A DNA stretch of 64,000 nt from Escherichia coli (lineage in GTDB: Bacteria; Pseudomonadota; Gammaproteobacteria; Enterobacterales; Enterobacteriaceae), in the NCBI RefSeq assembly GCF_013315695.1, contig NZ_CP054353.1, one strand, 5' to 3'. Position 1 is the first letter of the stretch, and each line of letters begins with the position of its first letter. Below are positions 23,549-32,450 of this stretch, one piece after another. The translations under genes and the position numbers were made by a program. Below the pieces are notes generated by a model. That model ran no database searches. It was not told the DNA's origin and was given only the letters and a program-made list of their open reading frames with translations.

Positions 23549-23893
23549 ATGACGCCAGATGAACTTGCCAGACTGACCGGCTATAGCCGCCAGACCATTA
23601 ATAAATGGGTACGCAAGGAAGGCTGGACAACGTCACCAAAACCAGGCGTCCAGGGTGGCAAAGCTCGACTGGTTCACGTCAATGAACAGGTTCGTGAATA
23701 TATTCGCAATGCTGAACGTCCAGAAGGTCAGGGAGAAGCGCCAGCCCTTTCTGGTGATGCGCCGCTTGAAGTGTTGCTGGTGACACTGGCGAAAGAGATG
23801 ACGCCAGTTGAACAAAAACAGTTTACATCCTTGCTTCTGCGGGAAGGGATTATCGGATTATTACAACGCTTAGGGATTCGCGATAGCAAATAA
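23549..23893 (+). CDS. yfeC: small HTH DNA-binding protein (YfeC), 114 aa
   Basis: ORF 23534-23893; chose ATG at 23549 with AAGGAGAGG upstream; N-terminal HTH-like segment (ELARLTGYSRQTINKWVRKEGW). Confidence 0.8.
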   Translation: MTPDELARLTGYSRQTINKWVRKEGWTTSPKPGVQGGKARLVHVNEQVREYIRNAERPEGQGEAPALSGDAPLEVLLVTLAKEMTPVEQKQFTSLLLREGIIGLLQRLGIRDSK

Positions 23894-23894
23894 T

Positions 23895-24287
23895 ATGAAA
23901 AGATTACGCAATAAAATGACCACCGAAGAACTGGCTGAATGCCTCGGTGTGGCTAAACAAACTGTTAACCGTTGGATCAGAGAAAAAGGCTGGAAAACGG
24001 AAAAATTTCCTGGCGTGAAAGGCGGTCGTGCCAGACTTATTCTGGTCGATACGCAAGTTTGCGATTTTATTCAGAACACGCCAGCCTTCCATAACACGCC
24101 GATGCTTCTGGAAGCCGAAGAACCCCTTGCCGAATACGCACCGGGGATTCGCACTCCTGCTTATCGGCAAATCATCAGCGCAATAGACAACATGACTCAC
24201 AGTGAGCAGGAAAAAGTTGCGCAATTTTTGTCACGCGAAGGAATTCGTAATTTCCTTGCTCGTCTCGACATAGATGAATCAGCTTGA
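23895..24287 (+). CDS. yfeD: small HTH DNA-binding protein, paralog of YfeC (YfeD), 130 aa
   Basis: Shares the motif EELA..LG..KQT.N.W.R.KGW.T...PGV.GG.ARL with yfeC; start is 1 bp after the yfeC stop. Confidence 0.8.
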   Translation: MKRLRNKMTTEELAECLGVAKQTVNRWIREKGWKTEKFPGVKGGRARLILVDTQVCDFIQNTPAFHNTPMLLEAEEPLAEYAPGIRTPAYRQIISAIDNMTHSEQEKVAQFLSREGIRNFLARLDIDESA

Positions 24288-24326
24288 CATCCTCCACGCC
24301 CTGAATGACGAGGATCCCTGCTACGT

Positions 24327-25535
24327 TCAGGCTGTCACCTGAATCATTTCGGTGGGTTCCTGCTTCAACGAGCGGCCTGACTGCACCATCTCTCCACAGG
24401 CAAGAACGGCGTGCCCCGCCGCTAAAATGTTACGAGCGCCATTTACATCAGCGTTCGCTGTATATCCACATGCCTGGCATCTGAATTTACTTTGTGACAG
24501 GCGATTTTCTTTCGCTGTATGACCACAGCACGCGCAACGCTGGCTTGTGTACGCTGGCGGAACAGCAAGCACCTGACCGCCACGCCAGAGCTGCTTGTAC
24601 TCAAGCTGGCGGCGCATTTCATACCAGCCCTGATCCAGTATCGAACGGTTTAAACCTGATTTTGCCCGGACATTGCGCCCCGGCTGGCTGACCGTACCCG
24701 CTGCTGACTTTGACATGTTGCTGACCTTCAAATCCTCAATGACTATCATTGCGTGGTTTTTGCTGACGGTCGTTGTGACTTTGTGAAGGTAGTCCCTGCG
24801 GATATTTGCGATACGGGAATGCAGTCGCTGTATTTTGCGTTTCTGCTTCTGCCAGTTATTGCTGAATTCGACCTTGCGGCTTAACTGTCGCTGAAGTCTC
24901 GCCAGCGTCTTCTGGTTTTTCTGAAAACTGTTTACAGGCTCAAAGACTGTGCCATCTGACAGCGTGGCGAGTTTAGCCACGCCAGCATCCAGCCCGACCA
25001 TTGATGCTGAAGGGTGAACCGGAGTGGATACTTCACTTTCTGTCTGAATACTGATGTACCACTTACCGCAGGACTGGCTGACAGTGACATTTTTCACAAC
25101 ACCCGTGACCTGACGGCTGTTCCGGTAGCGCATCCAGCCAAGTTTCGGCAGAAAAATACGGCTGTTTTCCTGATCGAGCTTAACGCCCTGCGGGTAGCGG
25201 AATGCATCATTCTGTCCCCGCTTTTTGAATCGGGGAAAAGCAGCCCGCTTCTGGAAGAAGTTTTTGTAAGCCCGCTCAAGGTCTTTCAGTGACTGTTGCA
25301 ATGGCTGTGAGGGCGAATCTTTAAGCCATTGCATTTCAGTGGCGTTTTTCCACTCAACCAGCCAGGAAGCCATTTTCCCGTAAGGGATGTATTTATTACC
25401 GGCCTCATGATTCTCATTCTGAAGCGCCAGAGCACGATTGAAAACGAAACGACATGCGCCTGCGAAGCGCCTCATTTCACACTCCTGTTGACCACCTGGT
25501 CTTAACTGGAATTTAAATGCCTGTAATCGTTTCAC
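24327..25535 (-). CDS. tnpB: TnpB (OrfB) RNA-guided endonuclease of IS200/IS605 family, 402 aa
   Basis: Conserved N-terminus ([10 protein letters not shown]...[13 protein letters not shown]), RuvC-I VGLDAGV, Ruv[12 protein letters not shown], zinc finger CACCGH...CQACGY, Ruv[17 protein letters not shown] start at 25535 has no SD, internal ATG at 25475 has strong AGGAG and would give 382 aa. Confidence 0.85.
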   Translation of the reverse strand: MKRLQAFKFQLRPGGQQECEMRRFAGACRFVFNRALALQNENHEAGNKYIPYGKMASWLVEWKNATEMQWLKDSPSQPLQQSLKDLERAYKNFFQKRAAFPRFKKRGQNDAFRYPQGVKLDQENSRIFLPKLGWMRYRNSRQVTGVVKNVTVSQSCGKWYISIQTESEVSTPVHPSASMVGLDAGVAKLATLSDGTVFEPVNSFQKNQKTLARLQRQLSRKVEFSNNWQKQKRKIQRLHSRIANIRRDYLHKVTTTVSKNHAMIVIEDLKVSNMSKSAAGTVSQPGRNVRAKSGLNRSILDQGWYEMRRQLEYKQLWRGGQVLAVPPAYTSQRCACCGHTAKENRLSQSKFRCQACGYTANADVNGARNILAAGHAVLACGEMVQSGRSLKQEPTEMIQVTA

Positions 25536-25542
25536 AGGTCAA

Positions 25543-26030
25543 ATGATACTTTGGTCTGTGAAAAAAGAAACCGATATCCGGCGTGGAAGGCATTGTGTTT
25601 TCCTGATGCATGTTCACCTGGTCTTTGTCCCAAATACCGACGCCAGATTTTTGACCATGACGCGACAGAAAAACTACGCACTTACTATTCAAATGTATGT
25701 GCTGATTTTGAAGCTGAACTGGTTGAAATGGATGGCGAACCAGATCACGTCCATTTGTTAATTAACTATCCTCCCAAACTGGCGATATCCAGTCTGGTAA
25801 ACAGCCTCAAAGGCGTATCGGGTAGGTGACTGCGACGAGATCGACCAGATATTGCAGTCAGGTATTACTACAAAGGCGTTTTGTGGAGTCCTGGCTATTT
25901 TGCCAGTAGCTGCGGAGGTGCGCCAATATCCGTCATCCGCCAATACATTGAACAACAGCAAACACCTGGTCAGGTGGAAAACCGCGCCTTATATCCCCGC
26001 CCTGAAGGACGGGGTTTTACGGCGCACCGG
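25543..26030 (+). pseudogene. tnpA: tnpA (IS200/IS605 Y1 HUH transposase), disrupted
   Basis: TnpA-like sequence is split: ...HCVFLMHVHLVFVP in one frame, KYRRQIF...DHVHLLINYPPK...SLKGVSGR in another (about 1-nt loss near 25628-25631), then an in-frame TGA at 25827-25829, then ...WSPGYFASSCGGAPISVIRQYIEQQ. Confidence 0.65.
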
Positions 26031-26040
26031 ATAAATAAAA

Positions 26041-26067
26041 AACGGCAGGGGTATCTCTCCTGCCGTT
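26041..26067. terminator. gltX rho-independent terminator (bidirectional hairpin)
   Basis: AACGGCAGG-loop-CCTGCCGTT 9-bp stem; on the minus strand followed by TTTTTTATTTAT, 18 bp after the gltX stop. Confidence 0.65.
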
Positions 26068-26084
26068 TATCTTTTATGCGCTAA

Positions 26085-27500
26085 TTACTGCTGATTTTCG
26101 CGTTCAGCAATAAAAGCCAGCGCTTTGTTGATACGCTCGATACTGCGGGTCTTACCGATTGCGTGAACGGTAACATCCAGCGCTGGAGACTGCCCCGCAC
26201 CGGTTACGGCGACACGCAGCGGCATACCAACTTTACCCATACCCACTTCCAGCTCATCCGCCGTCGCCTGAATAGCGTGATGAACGTTTTCAGCGGTCCA
26301 GTCAGTAATCGCAGTCAGTTTGTCACGAACCACTTCCAGCGGCTGACGCGCTACCGGACGCAGATGTTTTTTCGCGGCGTCGGCATCGAACTCAGCAAAA
26401 TCTTCGTAGAAATAACGGCAGCTCTGTGCCATCTCTTTCAGCGTCTTGCAGCGTTCGCCCAGCAGTTTCACCAGATCAGCCAGCTGCGGGCCGTTACGGG
26501 TATCGATATTTTCCTGCTCAATGTGCCACTGTAAGTGAGTAGCAACATACTCCGGCGGCAGCGCGTTAATGTAGTGATGGTTCAGCCACAGCAGCTTGTC
26601 GGTGTTGAACGCACTGGCAGATTTGCTGACGGCATTCAGAGTGAAGTATTTGATCATCTCTTCACGAGTGAAGATTTCCTGATCGCCGTGGGACCAGCCC
26701 AGACGCACCAGATAGTTCAGCAGTGCTTCTGGCAGATAACCATCATCACGATACTGCATTACGCTGACCGCCCCGTGACGTTTGGACAGTTTTTTACCGT
26801 CATCGCCGTTGATCATAGAAACGTGCGCGTAAACCGGTACCGGCGCTTTCAGGGCTTTAAGAATGTTGATCTGGCGCGGCGTGTTGTTGATATGGTCTTC
26901 GCCACGGATAACATGGGTGATTTCCATATCCCAGTCATCAACAACCACACAGAAGTTATAGGTTGGGGAACCATCGGTACGGCGAATGATCAGATCATCC
27001 AGCTCCTGGTTGCTGAACTCAATCGGGCCACGGATCTGATCGTCAAAAACAACAGAACCTTCCTGCGGGTTAGCAAAACGTACAACGCACGGTTCATCAT
27101 CAGCATGATGCTCATGGCTGTGGCGGCAGCGACCGTCATAACGCGGCTTCTCACCTTTCGCCATTTGCTCTTCGCGCAGCGCTTCCAGGCGCTCTTTAGA
27201 GCAATAGCATTTATAAGCTGTGCCCTCTTCCAGCATCTGATCGATCACCGCGTTGTAGCGATCAAAACGTTTGGTCTGGTAGTACGGACCTTCATCCCAC
27301 TCCAGGCTCAGCCAGTTCATGCCATCCATAATGGCTTCGATAGCTTCCGGCGTGGAACGCTCAAGATCGGTGTCTTCAATACGCAGCACGAACTCACCGC
27401 CGTGGTTACGTGCAAAAAGCCAGGAGTAAAGAGCAGTACGCGCGCCGCCAACGTGCAGATAGCCTGTTGGGCTTGGCGCGAAGCGAGTTTTGATTTTCAT
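26085..27500 (-). CDS. gltX: glutamate--tRNA ligase, 471 aa
   Basis: Class I aaRS with HVGG-type motif ([18 protein letters not shown]) and KLSKR (KMSKS-type) motif. Confidence 0.95.
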
Positions 27501-27713
27501 GAAATGGCCTTACGTTTAGAAAGATGCCGACAACCGGCAAATCCTGGAAAAATTGAGTGGGCGATATTCTATCACTCCCGCCTGATTCCTCAATGTAGTT
27601 CGGGTTGCAACCTTACGCATTATTGTTTTCGTTGACAAATTGCGCAACACGGTCTGTTTTGCGATCATCTTGCTTAAATTTACGACGAACGAACAATTTC
27701 TTTAGAAAATGCG

Positions 27714-27741
27714 TTGACTCATTTTGAACTCTCCCTATAAT
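27714..27741 (+). promoter_or_regulatory. sigma70 promoter of the tRNA-Val/Lys operon
   Basis: TTGACT (27714-27719), 16-bp spacer, TATAAT (27736-27741), GC-rich discriminator, AT-rich UP-like region upstream; about 18 bp before the first tRNA. Confidence 0.65.
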
Positions 27742-27759
27742 GCGACTCCACACAGCGGG

Positions 27760-27835
27760 GGGTGATTAGCTCAGCTGGGAGAGCACCTCCCTTACAAGGA
27801 GGGGGTCGGCGGTTCGATCCCGTCATCACCCACCA
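27760..27835 (+). tRNA. valU: tRNA-Val (anticodon UAC)
   Basis: 76 nt GGGUGAUUAGCUCAGCUGGGAGAGCACCUCCCUUACAAGGAGGGGGUCGGCGGUUCGAUCCCGUCAUCACCCACCA; anticodon loop CUUACAA; encoded CCA. Confidence 0.92.
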
Positions 27836-27879
27836 ACTACTTTATGTAGTCTCCGCCGTGTAGCAAGAAATTGAGAAGT

Positions 27880-27955
27880 GGGTGATTAGCTCAGCTGGGA
27901 GAGCACCTCCCTTACAAGGAGGGGGTCGGCGGTTCGATCCCGTCATCACCCACCA
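27880..27955 (+). tRNA. valY: tRNA-Val (anticodon UAC), identical second copy
   Basis: Exact duplicate of the previous tRNA after a 44-bp spacer; which K-12 paralog name applies is uncertain. Confidence 0.9.
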
Positions 27956-27959
27956 CTTC

Positions 27960-28035
27960 GGGTCGTTAGCTCAGTTGGTAGAGCAGTTGACTTTTAATCA
28001 ATTGGTCGCAGGTTCGAATCCTGCACGACCCACCA
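27960..28035 (+). tRNA. lysV: tRNA-Lys (anticodon UUU)
   Basis: 76 nt GGGUCGUUAGCUCAGUUGGUAGAGCAGUUGACUUUUAAUCAAUUGGUCGCAGGUUCGAAUCCUGCACGACCCACCA, 4 bp after the preceding tRNA-Val. Confidence 0.92.
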
Positions 28036-28042
28036 ATGTAAA

Positions 28043-28066
28043 AAAGCGCCCTAAAGGCGATTTTTT
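28043..28066 (+). terminator. terminator of the tRNA operon (short stem plus T-run)
   Basis: CGCC-CTAAA-GGCG short hairpin followed by ATTTTTTG right after lysV. Confidence 0.4.
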
Positions 28067-28145
28067 GCTATCTGCAATTTGCGAAATTGCCTGATGCGCT
28101 TCGCTTATCAGACCAACTATGTCCGGCAGTTCCCGTGCCTCTCAT

Positions 28146-29030
28146 CTACTGCGCCAACGCCGCCAGCAGTTTAACCAGCGCGGGCGTCACCTGCTGCGTT
28201 TCATAAACAATATATAAGTCTGCCGGGATGCGTTCTTTGAGCGGACGGAATATGACACCTGGCCAGTTCATCTGCGCGTAACTGTCCGCTATCAATGTGA
28301 TACCAATACCCATACTGACCATGGCGAGTACCGTTTGCGGTTCATTAACTTCGCAAATAACAACCGGTGAAAATCCCACCTGCTGGCAAACTCGCTGCAA
28401 AAAATCCCAGTCAGTGTACACGGGCGGCATTGTAACGAAATACTCGTCACGTAGCGCTTCCAGCGGGACGGTGGAAAATGATGAGAGATGATGCTCTTCA
28501 GGCATCGCCACCACAAACGCCGATTCATGCAACCGTAAGCTGGTAAAACCAGTCGGTGGTTCTGTCGCCATTCGCCAGATCCCGGCATCAAGTTCGCGGC
28601 GTTCCAGCAAGGCCATTTGCATCGCGGGCATCTTTTCGCGAAACAGAACTTCAACGTTAGGATTTTCTCTAAGGAATCGCCGCATAACCGGGCGCATCCG
28701 TCCCCACATTGCCGTTCCCACAACCCCGAGTTCAATCCGCCCTGCTTCTCCCCGACCTATTTGTTCAACCCGAGCCAATACATTATTTGCATTCACCAGC
28801 AATCGACGCGATTCTTCCATCAAGATTTTGCCCGCGTGTGTCAGTACGACGCTGCGCGAATGGCGAATAAAAAGCTGCGTGCCGAGTTGATTTTCCAGCT
28901 CTTTAATATGAATACTGAGCGGAGGCTGAGACATATTTAAACGCGCTGCTGCGCGACCAAAATGCAACTCTTCCGCTACGGCAAGAAAATAACGGAGCAA
29001 CTTAAGATCTGTTCTATATACGCGTTCCAT
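28146..29030 (-). CDS. xapR: LysR-type transcriptional activator of the xanthosine operon, 294 aa
   Basis: ORF 28146-29045; chose ATG at 29030 (MERVYRTDLKLL); N-terminal LysR HTH. Confidence 0.85.
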   Translation of the reverse strand: MERVYRTDLKLLRYFLAVAEELHFGRAAARLNMSQPPLSIHIKELENQLGTQLFIRHSRSVVLTHAGKILMEESRRLLVNANNVLARVEQIGRGEAGRIELGVVGTAMWGRMRPVMRRFLRENPNVEVLFREKMPAMQMALLERRELDAGIWRMATEPPTGFTSLRLHESAFVVAMPEEHHLSSFSTVPLEALRDEYFVTMPPVYTDWDFLQRVCQQVGFSPVVICEVNEPQTVLAMVSMGIGITLIADSYAQMNWPGVIFRPLKERIPADLYIVYETQQVTPALVKLLAALAQ

Positions 29031-29282
29031 AATTAAGTGCTCCATATAAAAAAATATATCGTATTAAATTATCATGGCATAAAGTATTTCACCACCAGAT
29101 ATCCGACATACATAAACACGATGGATAATATACCCGGCAATACATTTGGAACAGGAATAGGTAATCGCACGATTGTAAACAAAGCACCAATGCCAAAACC
29201 AACGCCAGAAGAAAATAAAATATCTTTCACTAATTAACCTTTATCATAAAAGCAGCCCCAAGGAACAGAGCTGCGAATCCTT

Positions 29283-30539
29283 TTAATGTGTAACTGAACG
29301 ATGCGTTATCTTTTCAGGGTCATGGTTATATTTAAACCCAAAGAAAAATATCACTGCGAGGAAAAGAGCATACCCTGCAAACATCAGCCAAATGGTATGC
29401 CAATCTTTTACGCCATCCACCGAGAAGTAATCCACTGCCATACCGCTCAGAATCGAGCCAACCCATGCGCCGACGCCATTTACCATCGTCATAAAAAGGC
29501 CCTGGGCGCTGGCACGAATGCTGGAATCAACTTCCTGTTCGACAAAGACCGAACCAGAAATATTGAAGAAATCGAATGCACAACCGTAAACAATCATCGA
29601 AAGCAGCAGCAAAATAAACCCGGTTGGTGATGGGTCGCCATAGGCAAAGAAGCCAAAGCGCAGCGTCCACGCCACCATACTCATCAGCATGACGGTTTTA
29701 ATACCGAAACGCTTCAAAAAGAACGGTATCGTCAGAATGAAACCGACTTCAGCCATCTGTGAAACTGACAGTAAAATGGACGGATATTTCACCACGAAGC
29801 TATCAGCAAACTCAGGATTACGGGCGAAATCATGCAGGAACGGGTTGCCAAAAACGTTGGTAATTTGCAGCACCGCGCCCAGCATCATGGCGAAGAGGAA
29901 AAAGATAGCCATGCGTGGATTTTTAAACAGCACGAAGGCATCCAGACCCAGCTTGCTGGCAAGCGATGTAGTCGCTTTTTTCTCCGCAACCGGAATCTTC
30001 GGCAAAGTCAGCGCATAAGCCGACAGCAGCAATGACGCACCGGACGCGATATACAGCTGCAGACTACTCAATTCCAGATGCAGCAGGCTTACTGCCCACA
30101 TGGCGACAATGAACCCCACCGTACCAAAAACGCGAATGGGCGGGAAAGCGGTCACCGGGTCAAGCCCTGCCTGGGCAAGACAGGAATAAGAGACGCTGTT
30201 CGATAACGCAATAGTCGGCATAAACGCCATCGCATTGACTAACATCACCCAAAACATCATATCCGGATCAGTTACGGATGCCGCATAAAAAAGTACGCCC
30301 GCACACACCAGGTGACACAGCATGTATGCACGTTCTGCACGCAGCCATTTGTCTGCGATGATCCCCATTATACCAGGCATAATAATCGCGGCGATCCCTT
30401 TGGAACTGTAAACCATGCCAACATTAGCGCCGGTGAAATGAAGGGTATTAATCATGTAAGAACCGAGGGTAACCAGCCAGCTCCCCCAGATAAAATATTG
30501 CAAAAAGGACATTACCTTTAAGCGCAAAGCGATGCTCAT
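29283..30539 (-). CDS. xapB: xanthosine/nucleoside:H+ symporter (MFS, NHS family), 418 aa
   Basis: 12-TM MFS permease between xapA and xapR. Confidence 0.9.
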   Translation of the reverse strand: MSIALRLKVMSFLQYFIWGSWLVTLGSYMINTLHFTGANVGMVYSSKGIAAIIMPGIMGIIADKWLRAERAYMLCHLVCAGVLFYAASVTDPDMMFWVMLVNAMAFMPTIALSNSVSYSCLAQAGLDPVTAFPPIRVFGTVGFIVAMWAVSLLHLELSSLQLYIASGASLLLSAYALTLPKIPVAEKKATTSLASKLGLDAFVLFKNPRMAIFFLFAMMLGAVLQITNVFGNPFLHDFARNPEFADSFVVKYPSILLSVSQMAEVGFILTIPFFLKRFGIKTVMLMSMVAWTLRFGFFAYGDPSPTGFILLLLSMIVYGCAFDFFNISGSVFVEQEVDSSIRASAQGLFMTMVNGVGAWVGSILSGMAVDYFSVDGVKDWHTIWLMFAGYALFLAVIFFFGFKYNHDPEKITHRSVTH

Positions 30540-30598
30540 AATCGTTTCCTTGTCGCATCATATGGCCTCACCCGCGAGGCCGTTTCTTATTGTTTTTC

Positions 30599-31432
30599 TC
30601 AGGCAATTTTGCGCAGAAAGCCACAAATAAGGTTGATGAAGTTCTGCTTAGAGAGCTCCGCAGCCGCCAGCGTTTGCGCATGTGACAATTTCACATCGCT
30701 TAAACCTTCCGCCATATTGGTAATCGCAGAGACCGCAACGACTTTAAGTTCGCAATGGCGAGCAGAAATAACCTCAGGCACCACAGACATACCAACAACA
30801 TCCCCACCAATAATTTGCATCATGCGAATTTCCGCCGCAGTCTCGAAATTCGGACCCGGATACGAGACGAACACGCCCTCCGTCAGAGGGAACCCCTCTT
30901 CTTTCGCCACTTTTTGTAACAGTGCGCGGTATTCCGCATCGTAGGCATTCGCCAGCGAGAAGAAGCGCTCACCAAAACGTTCATCATTAAGACCCACCAT
31001 CGGCGTTCCCGGCATGGTGTTGATATGATCTTTCAATGCGACCAGACTGCCGGCCCCCACTTCAGGACGCAGTGAGCCAGCCGCATTGGTGCTGAACAGC
31101 AACTCGCAGCCCAGCAACTTAAAGGTACGGATTGCATCCGTCATGATGGTCATCCCACGACCTTCGTAGAAATGTCCGCGACCTTTCATGCACACCACTG
31201 GCACCCCCTGGAGATAACCCAGCACCAGCTCACCCGCATGGCCATGTACGGTACTTACCGGGAACCCAGGCAGCTTTTCGTAGGAAATTGCGACCGCGTT
31301 CTCAATCTGATCGGCCAGCGCGCCCAGCCCGGAACCTAAAATAAAGGCCACTCGTGGCGTGAAATCAGGTTTATAAGTCTTGATAATATCTACGCAATAC
31401 AGTGGGTTATGAGAAAACTGAGCCTGATACAT
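30599..31432 (-). CDS. xapA: purine nucleoside phosphorylase II (xanthosine phosphorylase), 277 aa
   Basis: PNP family (trimeric type) sequence. Confidence 0.9.
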   Translation of the reverse strand: MYQAQFSHNPLYCVDIIKTYKPDFTPRVAFILGSGLGALADQIENAVAISYEKLPGFPVSTVHGHAGELVLGYLQGVPVVCMKGRGHFYEGRGMTIMTDAIRTFKLLGCELLFSTNAAGSLRPEVGAGSLVALKDHINTMPGTPMVGLNDERFGERFFSLANAYDAEYRALLQKVAKEEGFPLTEGVFVSYPGPNFETAAEIRMMQIIGGDVVGMSVVPEVISARHCELKVVAVSAITNMAEGLSDVKLSHAQTLAAAELSKQNFINLICGFLRKIA

Positions 31433-31680
31433 ATATATCCTTTTTTTGTAGGGTGGAATCTAACGCCTTTTTATAACGAGATTGCCCTAACTCATACCAA
31501 TACACTTTTTTCATGTATCCGATAGTTATTCGATATCGATATATTTATATTTTTTCACTATTAATAGACTGAAAAAACTGTATTGGTACTCTCCTTTCCA
31601 TTGCATTAACAATATGCCGCTTTTAATCAACCTTTTTATTAAGCAATCAACTAATAACGATCAGCATAGGGAATTATGCT

Positions 31681-32445
31681 ATGAAAAAACATCTTTTTAC
31701 TCTGACACTCTCTTCTGTATTGGCGATACCAGCAGTATCCCATGCAGAATTTAAAGGCGGTTTTGCTGATATAGGTATTCATTATCTTGACTGGACTAGC
31801 AGAACCACTGAGAAATCGTCGACCAAATCACACAAAGATGATTTTGGATATCTGGAACTGGAAGGCGGCGCTAACTTTAGTTGGGGAGAAATGTACGGGT
31901 TCTTCGACTGGGAAAACTTTTATAATAATCGTCATGATAAACCGGGTAGCGAGCAGCGTTACACATTTAAAAATACCAACCGTATTTACCTGGGTGACAC
32001 CGGATTTAATCTCTACTTGCATGCGTATGGCACCTACGGTTCTGCGAATCGTGTGAATTTCCATGACGATATGTTCCTTTACGGGATCGGCTACAATTTC
32101 ACCGGCAGCGGTTGGTGGTTCAAACCGTTCTTTGCAAAACGCTATACAGACCAAACCTATTATACCGGCGATAACGGTTATGTCGCCGGTTGGGTTGCAG
32201 GTTACAGCTTTATGCTGGGCAGTGAGAAATTCACCCTCACCAACTGGAACGAGTACGAGTTTGATCGTGATGCCACCTACGCGGCAGGTAATGGCGGCAA
32301 AGAAGGTCTGAACGGTGCCGTCGCACTTTGGTGGAATGCAACTTCACACATCACCACAGGGATTCAGTATCGTTATGCGGATGACAAACTGGGCGAAGAT
32401 TTTTACCAGGATGCAATAATCTACTCCATCAAATTTAATTTCTGA
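31681..32445 (+). CDS. yfeN: outer-membrane beta-barrel protein, Tsx-like nucleoside channel family (putative), 254 aa
   Basis: Signal peptide MKKHLFTLTLSSVLAIPAVSHA, aromatic-rich alternating beta-strand pattern, C-terminal Phe (IKFNF); divergent from xapA. Confidence 0.8.
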   Translation: MKKHLFTLTLSSVLAIPAVSHAEFKGGFADIGIHYLDWTSRTTEKSSTKSHKDDFGYLELEGGANFSWGEMYGFFDWENFYNNRHDKPGSEQRYTFKNTNRIYLGDTGFNLYLHAYGTYGSANRVNFHDDMFLYGIGYNFTGSGWWFKPFFAKRYTDQTYYTGDNGYVAGWVAGYSFMLGSEKFTLTNWNEYEFDRDATYAAGNGGKEGLNGAVALWWNATSHITTGIQYRYADDKLGEDFYQDAIIYSIKFNF

Positions 32446-32450
32446 TTGAT

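Larger units (their letters stand above)
24288..26031 (-). mobile_element. IS200/IS605-family element (IS605-like divergent tnpA/tnpB arrangement); exact ends uncertain
   Basis: Contains a 402-aa TnpB ORF and, divergently, fragments of a Y1/HUH TnpA; bounded by the yfeD stop (24287) and the gltX terminator (from 26037); no direct repeats expected for this family. Confidence 0.6.

Noticed and set aside
24241-24318. GAATTC and GGATCC restriction sites flanking the IS junction, considered as a possible cloning scar
   Set aside because: Six-base sites occur by chance about every 4 kb; the flanking sequence is continuous native coding (yfeD) and IS DNA with no vector-like sequence.
25881-26084. 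C-terminal extension of the TnpA frame running through the gltX terminator to a TAA at 26082-26084
   Set aside because: The frame is already interrupted upstream and the extension crosses a terminator hairpin in flanking host DNA; it is read-through of an open frame, not a real coding end.
26535-27635. 366-aa ORF on the plus strand spanning most of gltX in antisense
   Set aside because: Lies entirely inside the confidently identified gltX gene, has no recognisable domain content or SD; typical shadow ORF.
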